Assembly (NCBI GenBank): GCA_964016885.1
Contig: OZ024742.1
Span: forward strand, 86,986,001 to 87,050,000
DNA from: Eledone cirrhosa
Taxonomy: Eukaryota
Direction: 5' to 3'
DNA length: 64,000 nt
This document shows, one piece after another, positions 27,153-39,169 of the stretch. The translations under genes were made by a program, and so were the position numbers. Numbering within the stretch: the first letter of the stretch is position 1; the number at the start of each line of letters is the position of its first letter. The notes beneath the pieces were generated by a model that ran no database searches, was not told where the DNA came from, and saw nothing but the letters and a program-made list of their open reading frames with translations.

Positions 27153-27307
27153 AAATAATAATAAAAATAATAACAATAATTGTTTCTACTTTTGGCACAA
27201 GACCAGCAATTACCCAGTGTATTACTGGTACTTGGGTAATTGCTGGCCGTGTGCCAAAAGTAGAAACAGTTATTATTATTATTTTAATTATGATTACCGC
27301 TCTCAAG

Positions 27308-27308
<1 letters not shown>

Positions 27309-27370
<62 letters not shown>
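27309..27370 (+). repeat. (TAA)n tract immediately upstream of the full-length R4/Dong-like element
   Basis: About 20 perfect TAA units. Confidence 0.97.
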
Positions 27371-30300
27371 GGGAAGAAGACGCACGAGGTGACGGAGGTC
27401 ATGAAATCGTTCCCGTAAGTTTTGAATTTTTAACATATTTAAATCATTTGTGAAATAACAACTCTTAGTACAAATGCTACGTAAAACACCCGGCTTGAGC
27501 CCCAAAAAATTCGGACCCAAAATATATTGTTATAAGGCTCAAATATTCAAATATTCAACTTTGTATTGTACACTGTATATCCAAAAAAAAAAAATGGCTA
27601 TAAATGGAAGAAGAAGAACCCCCCCCCCTCCTCTCCTCTGGCTACACTATATAGGACAGCTAAACTCACCAACACCAGAAACTAGATACACCACCCACCC
27701 CATCATCTGTGTACACTAAACACAACAGCATTTTCACCTTCACCGCCACCGCTCACTACGGCCATCATTACCACCACTATCCCATCACCGCCGCCACCAC
27801 CCCTTGACTCCTTCACTGCTGCTGCCACCGCTACAGCACCATCACTACAGTAATACGGTCGCATCACCGCCACCACTGCCTCGGTATCGACATCACCACC
27901 ACCACTGTCTCAGTATCGCCAACGCCGCCAGTCTCTGCTGGCTGCCACTTCCACATTATAGAATTCCTACTACTAACAAAGAGGAAGGCATCAAAATATA
28001 TAGATAGACTCAAAAGAAAAAAGAAAAAACAAACAACAAAACCAAAGCAGCACAGCAACAACAGCAAAAAACGAGAAAAACAAACAGAGAAAAACAAAAA
28101 CAAAAAAAGAAACCCCAAAAAAGTAAAGAAAATAAGAATGAAGAGAGAAGCAGGCGGACGGACAGAGAAGAGGGGGGGAAAAAGTAAAACTTAAAAAACA
28201 AAAACTACGTCAGACATTCGAATACTACATTACAATGAAACTTATGCTTATTCATTTTTGGGGCCCTTTCTGCCCGTGTGTTTGTTTGTTTATGTGTGTT
28301 CGTATACCGCGCGGTGATAATGCCACACAAGGGCCAAGTGGGATGGCGGATCCACAGATGGCTATGTAAACATACATTCGCCAATCCTCGATAAGAGTGT
28401 TTAAATATCGAACATAAACAGTTCGAATAACGGTGAAATGGAGACTAGAACGTCATGTGACAGACTCTCACCCAACAGGTGCCCCCTGGCTCAGCAGCAG
28501 GAACCTGACTGTCAACCAAATACTGCTGATGTTGGAGGAAGAAGAAGAAGGAAAGGGGCCAGAACCAACTGGACGAAAGAATTGAATAGAACTGTTATGC
28601 AATGCTACCTGAAAAGTAACCCCAAGGAGAGGGGCTACAGGAGACGGATGCATAACATCTGGAACGAGATTGGTTTATTTAAATTAGATGAACAAAAATT
28701 GGCCGGGCAGGCTCGGGTAATAAGAACTAATGGGTGGATAGGCGAGCTGGAACTGGAGGAACTGAGCAGAGAGAATGGCTTGGAGATTGCGGGTGTAGTA
28801 TGCCAGACAAGCGAGCCGGCGGGAAATGATGGTGAGGAGGTCCTGAGAACGGAGGAACCACCCGAAGCAGACAATGATCTGAATACTGAGATAAATAATA
28901 CCTGGAACAGAGATACGGCCACTGAGGAGATGAATGCTGACGGGCTAGGACAAGATTCGGTTGACATCCTAAATTTAGTGGTAGATGAGTTGAACAATGA
29001 TAGTGGGAGACCTATGAACCTAAGATTTGTAGACAGGAAAAAGTTAAAAGAAACAACAGCTAAGGTAAACAAAGTCATCCCATACCTTGAGGCGAGGAGT
29101 CTTCACCAGTGCAACAATATCCTCAAAGCAACAGCAAATACGGTGAGGAAACTACTTGGTATAAAAGCGAGAGGAAACAACAGACAAGAAAGAGCAGAGC
29201 CGTGGTGGAAGAAGCGACTGAGTGGGCAAATCGGGGAAATGAGAAATGACATAGGAAAGCTTGAGTCACTACTGAATGGGACACTAAAAAACATAGGCAC
29301 TAAAGATAGACTGGAAATAAAATACAAAACTAGGAGTAAAAAGCTAAATATTATCATAGAGGAATTGAAGCAACGCATTGTAGCAAAGAGTGCCAAAATC
29401 AGGCGATACGAGAACAGAGTCAGTCAGTATAAACAGAACCGCATGTTCGACAACAACCAGAAGATGCTGTTTGGACAGCTTGAGGGGAAAGAAAGAGGCA
29501 ACGACTTGATCCCTGGGGCGGAACAAGCTAAAACATTCTGGAGAGGAATATGGGAGCAGGATGTTAGACACAATGCCCAGGCAGGGTGGATTGAGACAGT
29601 ACAGAGGGAGATCGGTGAGCAGGCACAACAACAGACTGATTTGAGTATCACAGTTGAAACTCTTAAGGGGCAAGCCAAAAAACTAACCAACTGGAAATCA
29701 CCAGGCCCAGATGGTGTGCAGGGGTATTGGATTAAACATTTAACATCCCTCCACCCGAAGCTGACGGCCATGTTCAATGACTGCTTGGTGTCGGGTGAGG
29801 TGCCAGAGTGGTTGACAAAAGGTACCACAGTTCTGATAATGAAAGACCGAATCAAGGGTAATGATGTTACCAACTATAGACCTATCACATGTCTGCCCGT
29901 AATGTGGAAACTGTTGACGAGCATTGTGTCTGAGGAAATCTACCATCACCTCCACACAAACAACTTGTTACCGGACGAACAGAAAGGATGCCGAAAGAAG
30001 TCACGTGGTACAAAGGACCAGTTGCTTATTGATAAGATGGTAATGGGGAATTGCAGGAGGAGACACACTGATCTTGCCATGGGATGGATAGACTACAGAA
30101 AGGCATTTGACATGGTGCCTCATTCCTGGATCACCAAAAGCCTGGAGATCTTCAGGGTGGCAGATAACATCAGACAGTTGCTGGGCAGGAGTATGGGGTC
30201 CTGGGAGACAGAGTTGACATCAACTGGAGTATCCTTGGGAAGCGTGAAGATCAAGAGAGGTATCTTCCAGGGAGATAGCCTGTCCCCTCTGTTGTTTGTC

Positions 30301-31905
30301 CTTGCCCTGATGCCCTTGACCATTATGCTGCGAAAAGTGAGAGCAGGATACAAGTTGGGAAGGGGAGAGCTTACCATCAATCACCTCCTCTTCATGGACG
30401 ATCTTAAGCTCTTCGGGAAAAGTGAGAAGGAGTTGGATGTGCTTGTTGACACTGTCCGTATTTTCAGCGGTGATATATGTATGCAGTTTGGTATTGGTAA
30501 ATGTGGAGTCATTGTGATGAAGAGGGGTAGGTTGAGCAGAAGTAACCGGATCCAGATACCAACAGGTGAGATGATAAAGGAAATTGACTCTGAGGAAGGA
30601 TACAAGTATTTGGGCGTTCTGGAGGCTGATGACATAAAGAACAAAAAAATGAAGGAATTGTTAAGAACTGAATACATTCGGAGAGTAAGGAGCGTATTGA
30701 AGTCACATCTGAACAGCAGAAATGCCATAAGCGCAGTAAATTCCCGAGCTGTGTCTATTATTAGGTACAGTGCGGGAATTCTGAGATGGAATGTTGCTGA
30801 ACAAAAAGAAATGGATAGGAAGACTAGGAAGCTATTGACTATCTACAACATGTTCCACAAGAGGAGTGATGTCGATAGACTCTACCTAAGGAGATCTGAG
30901 GGTGGAAGGGGTCTTATCAGCATAGAGGACTGTGTTCAGATGGAGAAAAACAACCTATACAAATACGTGACCTATAGTAAGGAGCCAATGCTCAGAGCTG
31001 TACTGAAGGAGGGGACAGTAGGCCAGGGGATATCCAAGGAGGAAATAACATCAAGGAGGAAGAGCAGCCTTAAGGGAAAATCCCTTCATAGTACCTTCTT
31101 TGAGAAAACTGAATTTAGAGATCCACAGACATGGAACTGGTTGAGAAGAGGAGACCTCAAAAAGGCTACAGAAGGAATGCTAATGGCTGCGCAGGAGCAG
31201 GCCCTCAAAACGAAGTGGTTGAAGCACCATATCTACAAGGAGGAGGCTAGCCCACTGTGCAGGATCTGTGGAGAGAGAGAGGAGACTGTGGCTCACATTG
31301 TGTCCGAGTGTAAACACCTAGCCCAGACCCACTATAAGGGCTGGAGACACGATGTGATGGGCAGGGTGATCCACTGGCACCTGTGCAAAGTAAACAATCT
31401 ACCACATTCTGAGAAATGGTATGAGCATAGGCCAGAGGCGGTGATGGAGAACAGTCAGGTGAAGGTGCTGTGGGATTTTAGGATACAGACGGACAAAAAA
31501 CTGGAACACAATAGACCTGACCTGGTGGTTGTGGACAAAGAAAAAAGATCGTGCCTGATTGTGGATGTGGCCTGCCCGTTCGACACGAGAGTGCAAGAGA
31601 AGGAGAGGGAGAAAATTAACCGATACCAGGACCTAAAGTGGGAGGTGAAAAGGATTTGGAACTGCCATGAAGTCAAAGTGATCCCGATTGTCATAGGCGC
31701 ACTGGGGACTATCTCCAGAGGTTTCCAGGGATGGTTAAAGAAAATCGGCCCCTTCACGCTTTTTGGAACGCTTCAAAAGGCATGCTTGCTTGGAACAGCA
31801 AGAACCCTTCGATACGTCCTGAATATCTGAGGCTGCAGGTAGTGGCTTGATATTCAATCCAACGGACTTTCCAGTTAACCAACATCAATGACTGAGATTC
31901 AAGGA
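27371..31905 (+). mobile_element. Full-length R4/Dong-like non-LTR retrotransposon (family A, copy 1)
   Basis: Bounded by TAA tracts. The 5' end GGGAAGAAGACGCACG is confirmed by the minus copy ending at 50774; the 3' end gagattcaagg is shared by four copies. Confidence 0.92.
28438..31830 (+). CDS. Single-ORF RT + CCHC zinc finger + restriction-like endonuclease (R4 clade), 1130 aa
   Basis: KSPGPDG, YRPITCL, IDYRKAFD, GIFQGDSLSPLLF, LFMDDLKL, YKYLG, GGRGL, CRICGEREETVAHIVSEC, RHD, RPDLVVVD...D...KINRY. Confidence 0.96.
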   Translation: METRTSCDRLSPNRCPLAQQQEPDCQPNTADVGGRRRRKGARTNWTKELNRTVMQCYLKSNPKERGYRRRMHNIWNEIGLFKLDEQKLAGQARVIRTNGWIGELELEELSRENGLEIAGVVCQTSEPAGNDGEEVLRTEEPPEADNDLNTEINNTWNRDTATEEMNADGLGQDSVDILNLVVDELNNDSGRPMNLRFVDRKKLKETTAKVNKVIPYLEARSLHQCNNILKATANTVRKLLGIKARGNNRQERAEPWWKKRLSGQIGEMRNDIGKLESLLNGTLKNIGTKDRLEIKYKTRSKKLNIIIEELKQRIVAKSAKIRRYENRVSQYKQNRMFDNNQKMLFGQLEGKERGNDLIPGAEQAKTFWRGIWEQDVRHNAQAGWIETVQREIGEQAQQQTDLSITVETLKGQAKKLTNWKSPGPDGVQGYWIKHLTSLHPKLTAMFNDCLVSGEVPEWLTKGTTVLIMKDRIKGNDVTNYRPITCLPVMWKLLTSIVSEEIYHHLHTNNLLPDEQKGCRKKSRGTKDQLLIDKMVMGNCRRRHTDLAMGWIDYRKAFDMVPHSWITKSLEIFRVADNIRQLLGRSMGSWETELTSTGVSLGSVKIKRGIFQGDSLSPLLFVLALMPLTIMLRKVRAGYKLGRGELTINHLLFMDDLKLFGKSEKELDVLVDTVRIFSGDICMQFGIGKCGVIVMKRGRLSRSNRIQIPTGEMIKEIDSEEGYKYLGVLEADDIKNKKMKELLRTEYIRRVRSVLKSHLNSRNAISAVNSRAVSIIRYSAGILRWNVAEQKEMDRKTRKLLTIYNMFHKRSDVDRLYLRRSEGGRGLISIEDCVQMEKNNLYKYVTYSKEPMLRAVLKEGTVGQGISKEEITSRRKSSLKGKSLHSTFFEKTEFRDPQTWNWLRRGDLKKATEGMLMAAQEQALKTKWLKHHIYKEEASPLCRICGEREETVAHIVSECKHLAQTHYKGWRHDVMGRVIHWHLCKVNNLPHSEKWYEHRPEAVMENSQVKVLWDFRIQTDKKLEHNRPDLVVVDKEKRSCLIVDVACPFDTRVQEKEREKINRYQDLKWEVKRIWNCHEVKVIPIVIGALGTISRGFQGWLKKIGPFTLFGTLQKACLLGTARTLRYVLNI

Positions 31906-31916
31906 ATAACAATAAC

Positions 31917-31963
<47 letters not shown>

Positions 31964-31965
<2 letters not shown>

Positions 31966-32070
31966 TTTTCTTTATTAACCACAAGGGTTTACATAAAGTA
32001 GACATTAAGGACAGTACAGGACGGTACAAATGGGCATTTCTGCGTGTAAAAAAAACAGAGGTTGAAATAA
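31964..32070 (-). mobile_element. Tx1/L1-like LINE 3' tail only, inside a TAA tract
   Basis: Reverse complement closely matches about 56025-56146. Confidence 0.9.
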
Positions 32071-32078
32071 AATAATAA

Positions 32079-35000
32079 TAATAATACCTGGAACAGAGAT
32101 ACGGCCACTGAGGAGATGAATGCTGACGGGCTAGGACAAGATTCGGTTGATATCCTAAATTTAGTGGTAGATGAATTGAACAATGATAGTGGGAGACCTA
32201 TGAACCTAAGATTTGTAGACAGGAAAAAGTTAAAAGAAACAACAGCTAAGGTAAACAAAGTCATCCCATACCTTGAGGCGAGGAGCCTTCACCAGTGCAA
32301 CACTATCCTCAAAGCAACAGCAAATACGGTGAGGAAACTACTTGGTATAAAAGCGAGAGGAAACAACAGACAAGAAAGAGCAGAGCCGTGGTGGAAGAAG
32401 CGACTGAGTGGGCAAAACGGGGAAATGAGAAATGACATAGGAAAGCTTGAGTCACTACTGAATGGGACACTAAAAAACATAGGCGCTAAACATAGACTGG
32501 AAATAAAATACAAAACTAGGAGTAAAAAGCTAAATATTATCATAGAGGAATTGAAGCAACGCATTGTAGCAAAGAGTGCAAAAATCAGGCGATACGAGAA
32601 CAGAGTCAGTCAGTATAAACAGAACCGCATGTTCCACAACAACCAGAAGATGCTGTTTGGACAGCTTGAGGGGAAAGAAAGAGGCAACGACTTGATCCCT
32701 GGGGCGGAACAAACTAAAACATTCTGGAGAGGAATATGGGAGCAGGATGTCAGATATAATGCCCAGGCAGGGTGGATTGAGACAGTACAGAGGGAGATCG
32801 GTGAGCAGGCACAACAACAAACTGATTTGAGTATCACAGTTGAAACCCTTAAGGGGCAGGCCAAAAAACTAACCAACTGGAAATCACCAGGCCCAGATGG
32901 TGTGCAGGGGTATTGGATTAAACATTTAACATCCCTCCACCCGAAGCTGACGGCCATGTTCAATGACTGCTTGGTGTCGCGTGAGGTGCCAGAGTGGTTG
33001 ACAAAAGGTACCACAGTTCTGATAATGAAAGACCGAATCAAGGGTAATGATGTTACCAACTATAGACCTATCACATGTCTGTCCGTAATGTGGAAACTGT
33101 TGACGAGCATTGTGTCTGAGGAAATCTACCATCACCTCCACACAAACAACTTGTTACCGGACGAACAGAAAGGATGCCGAAAGAAGTCACGTGGTACAAA
33201 GGACCAGTTACTTATTGATAAGATGGTAATGGGGAATTGCAGGAGGAGACACACTGATCTTGCCATGGGATGGATAGACTACAAAAAGGCATTTGACATG
33301 GTGCCTCATTCTTGGATCACCAAAAGCCTGGAGATCTTCAGGGTGGCAGATAACATCAGACAGTTGCTCGGCAGGAGTATGGGATCCCGGGAGACAGAGT
33401 TGACATCAACTGGAGTATCCTTGGGAAGCGTGAAGATCAAGAGAGGTATCTTCCAGGGAGATAGCCTGTCCCCTCTGTTGTTTGTCCTTGCCCTAATGCC
33501 CTTGACCATTATGCTGCGAAATGTGAGAGCAGGATACAAGTTGGGAAGGGGAGAGCTTACCATCAATCACCTCCTCTTCATGGACGATCTTAAGCTCTTC
33601 GGGAAAAGTGAGAAGGAGTTGGATGTGCTTGTTGACACTGTCCGTATTTTCAGCAGTGATATATGTATGCAGTTTGGTATTGGTAAATGTGGAGTCATTG
33701 TGATGAGGAGGGGTAGGTTGAGCAGAAGTAGCGGGATCCAGGTACCAACAGGTGAGATGATAAAGGAAATTGACTCTGAGGAAGGATACAAGTATTTGGG
33801 CGTTCTGGAGGCTGATGGCATAAAGAACAAAAAAATGAAGGAATTGTTAAGAACTGAATACATTCGGAGAGTAAGGAGCGTATTGAAGTCACATCTGAAC
33901 AGCAGAAATGCCATAAGCGCAGTAAATTCCCGAGCTGTGTCTATTATTAGGTACAGTGCGGGAATTCTGAGATGGAATGTTGCTGAACAAAAAGAAATGG
34001 ATAGGAAGACTAGGAAGCTATTGACTATCTACAACATGTTCCACAAGAGGAGTGATGTCGATCGACTCTACCTAAGGAGATCTGAGGGTGGAAGAGGTCT
34101 TATCAGCATAGAGGACTGTGTTCAGATGGAGAAAAACAACCTATACAAATACGTGACCTATAGTAAGGAGCCAATGCTCAAAACTGTACTGAAGGAGGGG
34201 ACAGTAGGCCAGGGGATGTCCAAGGAGGAAATAACATCAAGGAGGAAGAGCAGCCTTAAGGGAAAATCCCTCATAGTACCTTCTTTGAGAAAACTGAAGT
34301 TAGAGATCCACAGACATGGAACTGGTTGAGAAGAGAAGACCTCAAAAAGGCTACAGAAGGAATGATAATGGCTGCGCAGGAGCAGGCCCTCAAAACGAAG
34401 TGGTTGAAGCACCATATTTACAAGGAGGAGGCTAGCCCACTGTGCAGGATCTGTGGAGAGAGAGAGGTGACTGTGGCTCACATTGTGTCCGAGTGTAAAC
34501 ACCTAGCCCAGACCCACTATAAGGGCTGGAGACACGATGTGATGGGCAGGGTGATCCACTGGCACCTGTGCAAAGTAAACAATCTACCACATTCTGAGAA
34601 ATGGTATGAGCATAGGCCAGAGGCGGTGATGGAGAACAGTCAGGTGAAGGTGCTGTGGGATTTTAGGATACAGACGGACAAAAAACTGGAACACAACAGA
34701 CCTGACCTGGTGGTTGTGGACAAGGAAAAAAGATCGTGTCTGATTGTGGATGTGGCCTGCCCGTTCGACACGAGAGTGCAAGAGAAGGAGAGGGAGAAAA
34801 TTAACCGATACCAGGACCTAAAGTGGGAGGTAAAAAGGATTTGGAACTGCCATGAAGTCAAAGTGATCCCGATTGTCATAGGCGCACTGGGGACTATCTC
34901 CAAAAGTTTCCAGGGATGGTTAAAGAAAATCGGCCCCTTCACGCTTTTTGGAACGCTTCAAAAGGCATGCTTGCTTGGAACAGCAAGAACCCTCCGATAC

Positions 35001-35089
35001 GTCCTGAATATCTGAGGCTGCAGGTAGTGGCTTGATATTCATTCCAACGGACTTTCCAGTCAACCAACATCAATGACTGAGATTCAAGG

Positions 35090-35090
<1 letters not shown>
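32079..35090 (+). mobile_element. R4/Dong family A copy 2, 5' truncated, one frameshift near 34270
   Basis: Near-identical to 28894-31905; tcccttcatag became tccctcatag, splitting the ORF into 32116-34329 and 34326-35015. Confidence 0.95.
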
Positions 35091-35142
<52 letters not shown>

Positions 35143-35143
<1 letters not shown>

Positions 35144-38100
35144 TTTGGATGAAGGATGAAATTATGATCGAATGGATGAAAATGAAAGAATCTGACATGG
35201 GGCAACGAGACACCCTCCCTAAGATCCAGAACTCCAAACTGAACCAAAAGATAATACACAAGACTAACATAATTCTCAAAAACATTATCATCACAAACAA
35301 ACTAAACAGTACTGATATAAATCATCTCTATTATGCATCGACTAAAGTCACCACTCACTTATGTGGAGTGAAGATGAAAAAACAAAGGAATTCCCACAAG
35401 AAATCTACTTGGCAAGAGAACATCAATCGCCAAATAAACCTTCTCCGATCTGACATAGAAAGTTTAACAAACTATAAAGTAGGTGAACATGTTAAACAAA
35501 CTAAACTTAGAAAATTGAAAAAAAAGTACAGTATAAAATCAACATGTGACATAGACATGCTGATAGAAATAATCAAGCAAAAAGTGTCGGCCAAAGCTGC
35601 TCGTATAAGGCGCTTTGAAAAACGATCTAGATTCTATAAGGACAATAATATGTTCAAAAACAACCAAAGAAACTTCTACAGAAACATTGGTAAGTCAACA
35701 ATAACTGCTAAATCAATACCACCCAAGTAGGAAGTGCAAGAATTCTGGGAAAAGATCTGGGCCGAAGAAAAAGTTCATAACATACATGCCCCATGGATAG
35801 ACAGACAAATGAATGATACAGCTCACCTTGAGGAACAAATATGGGAAAATATAACAGTTGAACAGTTGCGCTTGGCTCTAAGAAAAACCAGGAAATGGAA
35901 ATCCCCAGGAAAAGACAAAATACAAAACTTTTGGATAAATGCCTTCACAGAGTCTCATGAGCTGTTAGCCCAACTTTACAATGAAATAGTTAAGGAGCCA
36001 GAAAAGATACCATCATGGCTAGTTAACGGCATTACATTCCTGCTTCCGAAGAATGATGAGACAAACAATCCCCAAAATTACAGACCAATAACTTGCTTGA
36101 CCACAATGTATAACATTTTAACATCAGTCCTAACTGAATACACATATGACCAGCTGATAACAAATGACCTATTTCCCATTGAGCAAAAAGGGTGTAAACG
36201 AGGCTCATATGGCTGTAAGGATCAGCTTCTGGTTAACAAAATGATACTGGAAGATTGTCATAATATACACAAAAATCTATCGATTGCTTGGATAGATTAT
36301 AAAAAAGCATTCGATAGTTTGCCACACAGTTGGATTGAAATATATTTAGAGATTTTCAAAATATCCCCCGTTGTCAGGAGGTTTTTGTCATTCAGTATGA
36401 AGACATGGAAAACGACACTCCTTTTGAATAGTGAAACAAAATCACTGGAAGATGGAGAAGTTAATATTAATTGTGGAATTTTTCAGGGTGACTCTTTATC
36501 ACCGCTTTTATTCTGCATCGCACTTATACCATTAAGTAAAATGCTCAATCAAACAAAACATGGATATAAAGTCTATGACAAAACCATTAATCACTTGTTC
36601 TACATGGATGACATGAAACTATTTGCAAAAAATGATGAACAATTGCAAGGGCTATTATCCACTGTGAAGCAGGTCAGTGATGACATTAAAATGGAGTTTG
36701 GACTAGATAAATGCGCCAAAGCAACGTTCACCAGAGGAAAGCTGCTGAAGAGTTCAGACATTAATCTTGATCGGGGGAACGTGATAAGAGAACTTGATCA
36801 AGAAAAAACTTACAAATAACTAGGTGTTTGTGAAGGAGACGGAATCAAGCACTCGACAATGAGGGAAAGGATAAGGAGGAATGTTACCGCAGAGTAAGAG
36901 CAATCTTAAGAACGGAATTGAATGCAAGGAATAGAATCGATGCCATAAACACGCTTGCCATACCAGTAGTAACCTACAGTTACAATGTCATCAACTGGTC
37001 AAGCACAGAGATCCGTAGGCTCGATACAAAAATTCGACAATTCTTAACCATGCACAGAATGCATCACCCTAAGGCAGATATAGATAGAATATATCTCCCT
37101 AGGAAAGAAGGAGGACGTGGGTTAATCCAGTTAGACATTGCGTTGAAAACTGCAACAATTGGATTATCTACATATCTAAGGGAATCACATGATTGGATGA
37201 TCAAACTCGTTTTGAAACACGAAAGCATCAAAAGATCATATTCCATTACAAAAGATGCACAAAGATACAGTAATGGACTAGAAATTACAGAAGTCCCATT
37301 TACTGCTGAAATTGAAAACACAGAAAAAGCAAAGCAGGTAAAAGTAACTGCAAAGAAAGAACTGCTACAGAAACTGGCTAAGAAATGGCAAGAAAAGCCT
37401 CTGTATGGAAAATACCCAGAGCGAGCTAACAATCCTGATGGTGACAAAACTTTAACTCATCAGTTGTTGGCATCCTCTGGACTGAAATCGGAGACTGAAG
37501 GACTGATTATATCAGCACAATATCAGTGTCTGCCAACAAAAAATTACCAAGCCAACATAATAAAAAATGGGTGCAGCCCATTATGCCGTGTATGCAAAAA
37601 ACAACCAGAGACCATTGACCATATAATTTCAATGTGCAGTCCTATAGCTCCAACCGAATACCTAAACAGGCATGACAGAGCTGCACAATACATACATTGG
37701 ATAATGTGTAAGCATTTTGACCTGCCCCATCAAAAGAATTGGTAGGAGCATCAACCACCTCCCATACTTGAAAAAGATCACATCTCAATCTTGTGGAACT
37801 TTAGCATCCAAACAGACCGAAAAATAGATGCAAATAGACCTGATATAATATTGAAGGACTTTCAAAAGAGGATATGCCTGCTAATTGATATGTCTGTTCC
37901 AATAGACAAGAATGTATCTATAAAAACATTTGAAAAATTGAGCAAGTATAAGGACCTGGAGATAGAAATTGGAAAAATGTGGAAATTGAGAACTAAAACA
38001 ATACCAGTGGTTGTGGGCGCTCTGGGAATGATACCTAAGGGGTCTAATGATTACATATCGCAAATCACAGGAAACCCGCGTATAGGAGAAATACAAAAGA

Positions 38101-38293
38101 TAGTACTAATGGGAACTGCCCATATACTAAGGAAGATTCTGTCAATATAAGTACATCACAAATCTAAACACTAAAGATGCATGTGTGAATATGTATGTTC
38201 TTTCTTGAACATGGCGGACCTTGTTATCTCTTGAGGTCACTGGTTGTGACTTGGTATTAACTCGTATGAACATAAAGCAAGATAAATGCAACT
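35143..38293 (+). mobile_element. R4/Dong family B copy 1 (disrupted RT-RLE ORF)
   Basis: ORF pieces 35149-35730, 35734-36819 (GIFQGDSLSPLLF, FYMDD), 36918-37745 (CRVC..HIISMC, RHD), 37791-38150 (RPDIILKD); clearly different DNA and 3' UTR from family A. Confidence 0.93.
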
Positions 38294-38304
38294 ATAATAA
38301 TAAT

Positions 38305-38956
38305 ATATATGGAAAATACCCAGAACGAGCTAACAATCCTGATGTTGACAAAACTTTAACCCATCAGTGGTTGGAAACCTCTGGACTGAAATCCGAGAGA
38401 ATGACTGATTATATCAGCACAAGATCAGTGTCTGCCAACAAAAAATTACCAAGCCAACATAATAAAAAATGGATGCATCATATTATGCCGTGTATGTAAA
38501 AAACAACCAGAGACCATTGACCATATAATTTCAATGTGCATCCTATACCTCCAACAGAATACCAAATCATGCACGACAGGGCTGCACAATACATACATTG
38601 GATAATGTGTAATCTTTTTGACCTGCCCCATCAAAATAATTGGTGGGAGCATCAACCACCTCCCATACTTGAAAAAGATCACATCTCAATCTTGTGGAAA
38701 TTTAGCATCCAAACAGACCGAAAAATAGATGCAAATAGACCTAATATAATACTGAAGGACTTTAATAAGTGGGTATGCCTGCTAATTGATATGTCCGTTC
38801 CAATAGACAAGAATGTATCTATAAAAACATTTGAAAAATTGAGCAAGTATAAGGACCGGGAGATAGAAATTTGAAAAATGTGGAAATTGAGAACTAAAAC
38901 AATACCAGTGGTTGTAGACGCTCTAGGAATGATACCTAAGGGGTCTAATGATTACT
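38305..38956 (+). mobile_element. R4/Dong family B copy 2, fragment
   Basis: Duplicates about 37404-38055; starts after a short TAA run. Confidence 0.9.
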
Positions 38957-39139
38957 CGAACCGGCAACTCTCCACGGTAGCACTGCCAGGCCAGGGACTT
39001 TTGGAAGTTATCCATGGACCCTGGATTGAAAGTTCTCCGGAAGACAGCAAGCATCTGATCTTCTTCGACGCCCAAGATCTATCCGAGTACATCGTCGCTC
39101 TTCCCCTCCGCTTGTCCTCTATAGAAAGCCGAGGTGGAT
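38957..39139 (-). mobile_element. Internal Tx1/L1-like ORF2 fragment
   Basis: Matches 26306-26482 on the same strand and 55255-55440 in reverse; followed by TAA. Confidence 0.85.
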
Positions 39140-39169
39140 GAATAATAATAATAATAATAATAATGATAA

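Noticed and set aside
27371-27420. Canonical HDV-like ribozyme at the Dong 5' end
   Set aside because: GGGAA/TTCCC can pair but I could not place P3/L3, P1.1 or the catalytic C.
28468-35300. Many minus-strand ORFs over the Dong copies
   Set aside because: Antisense shadows of the RT ORF; repeated only because the element is repeated.
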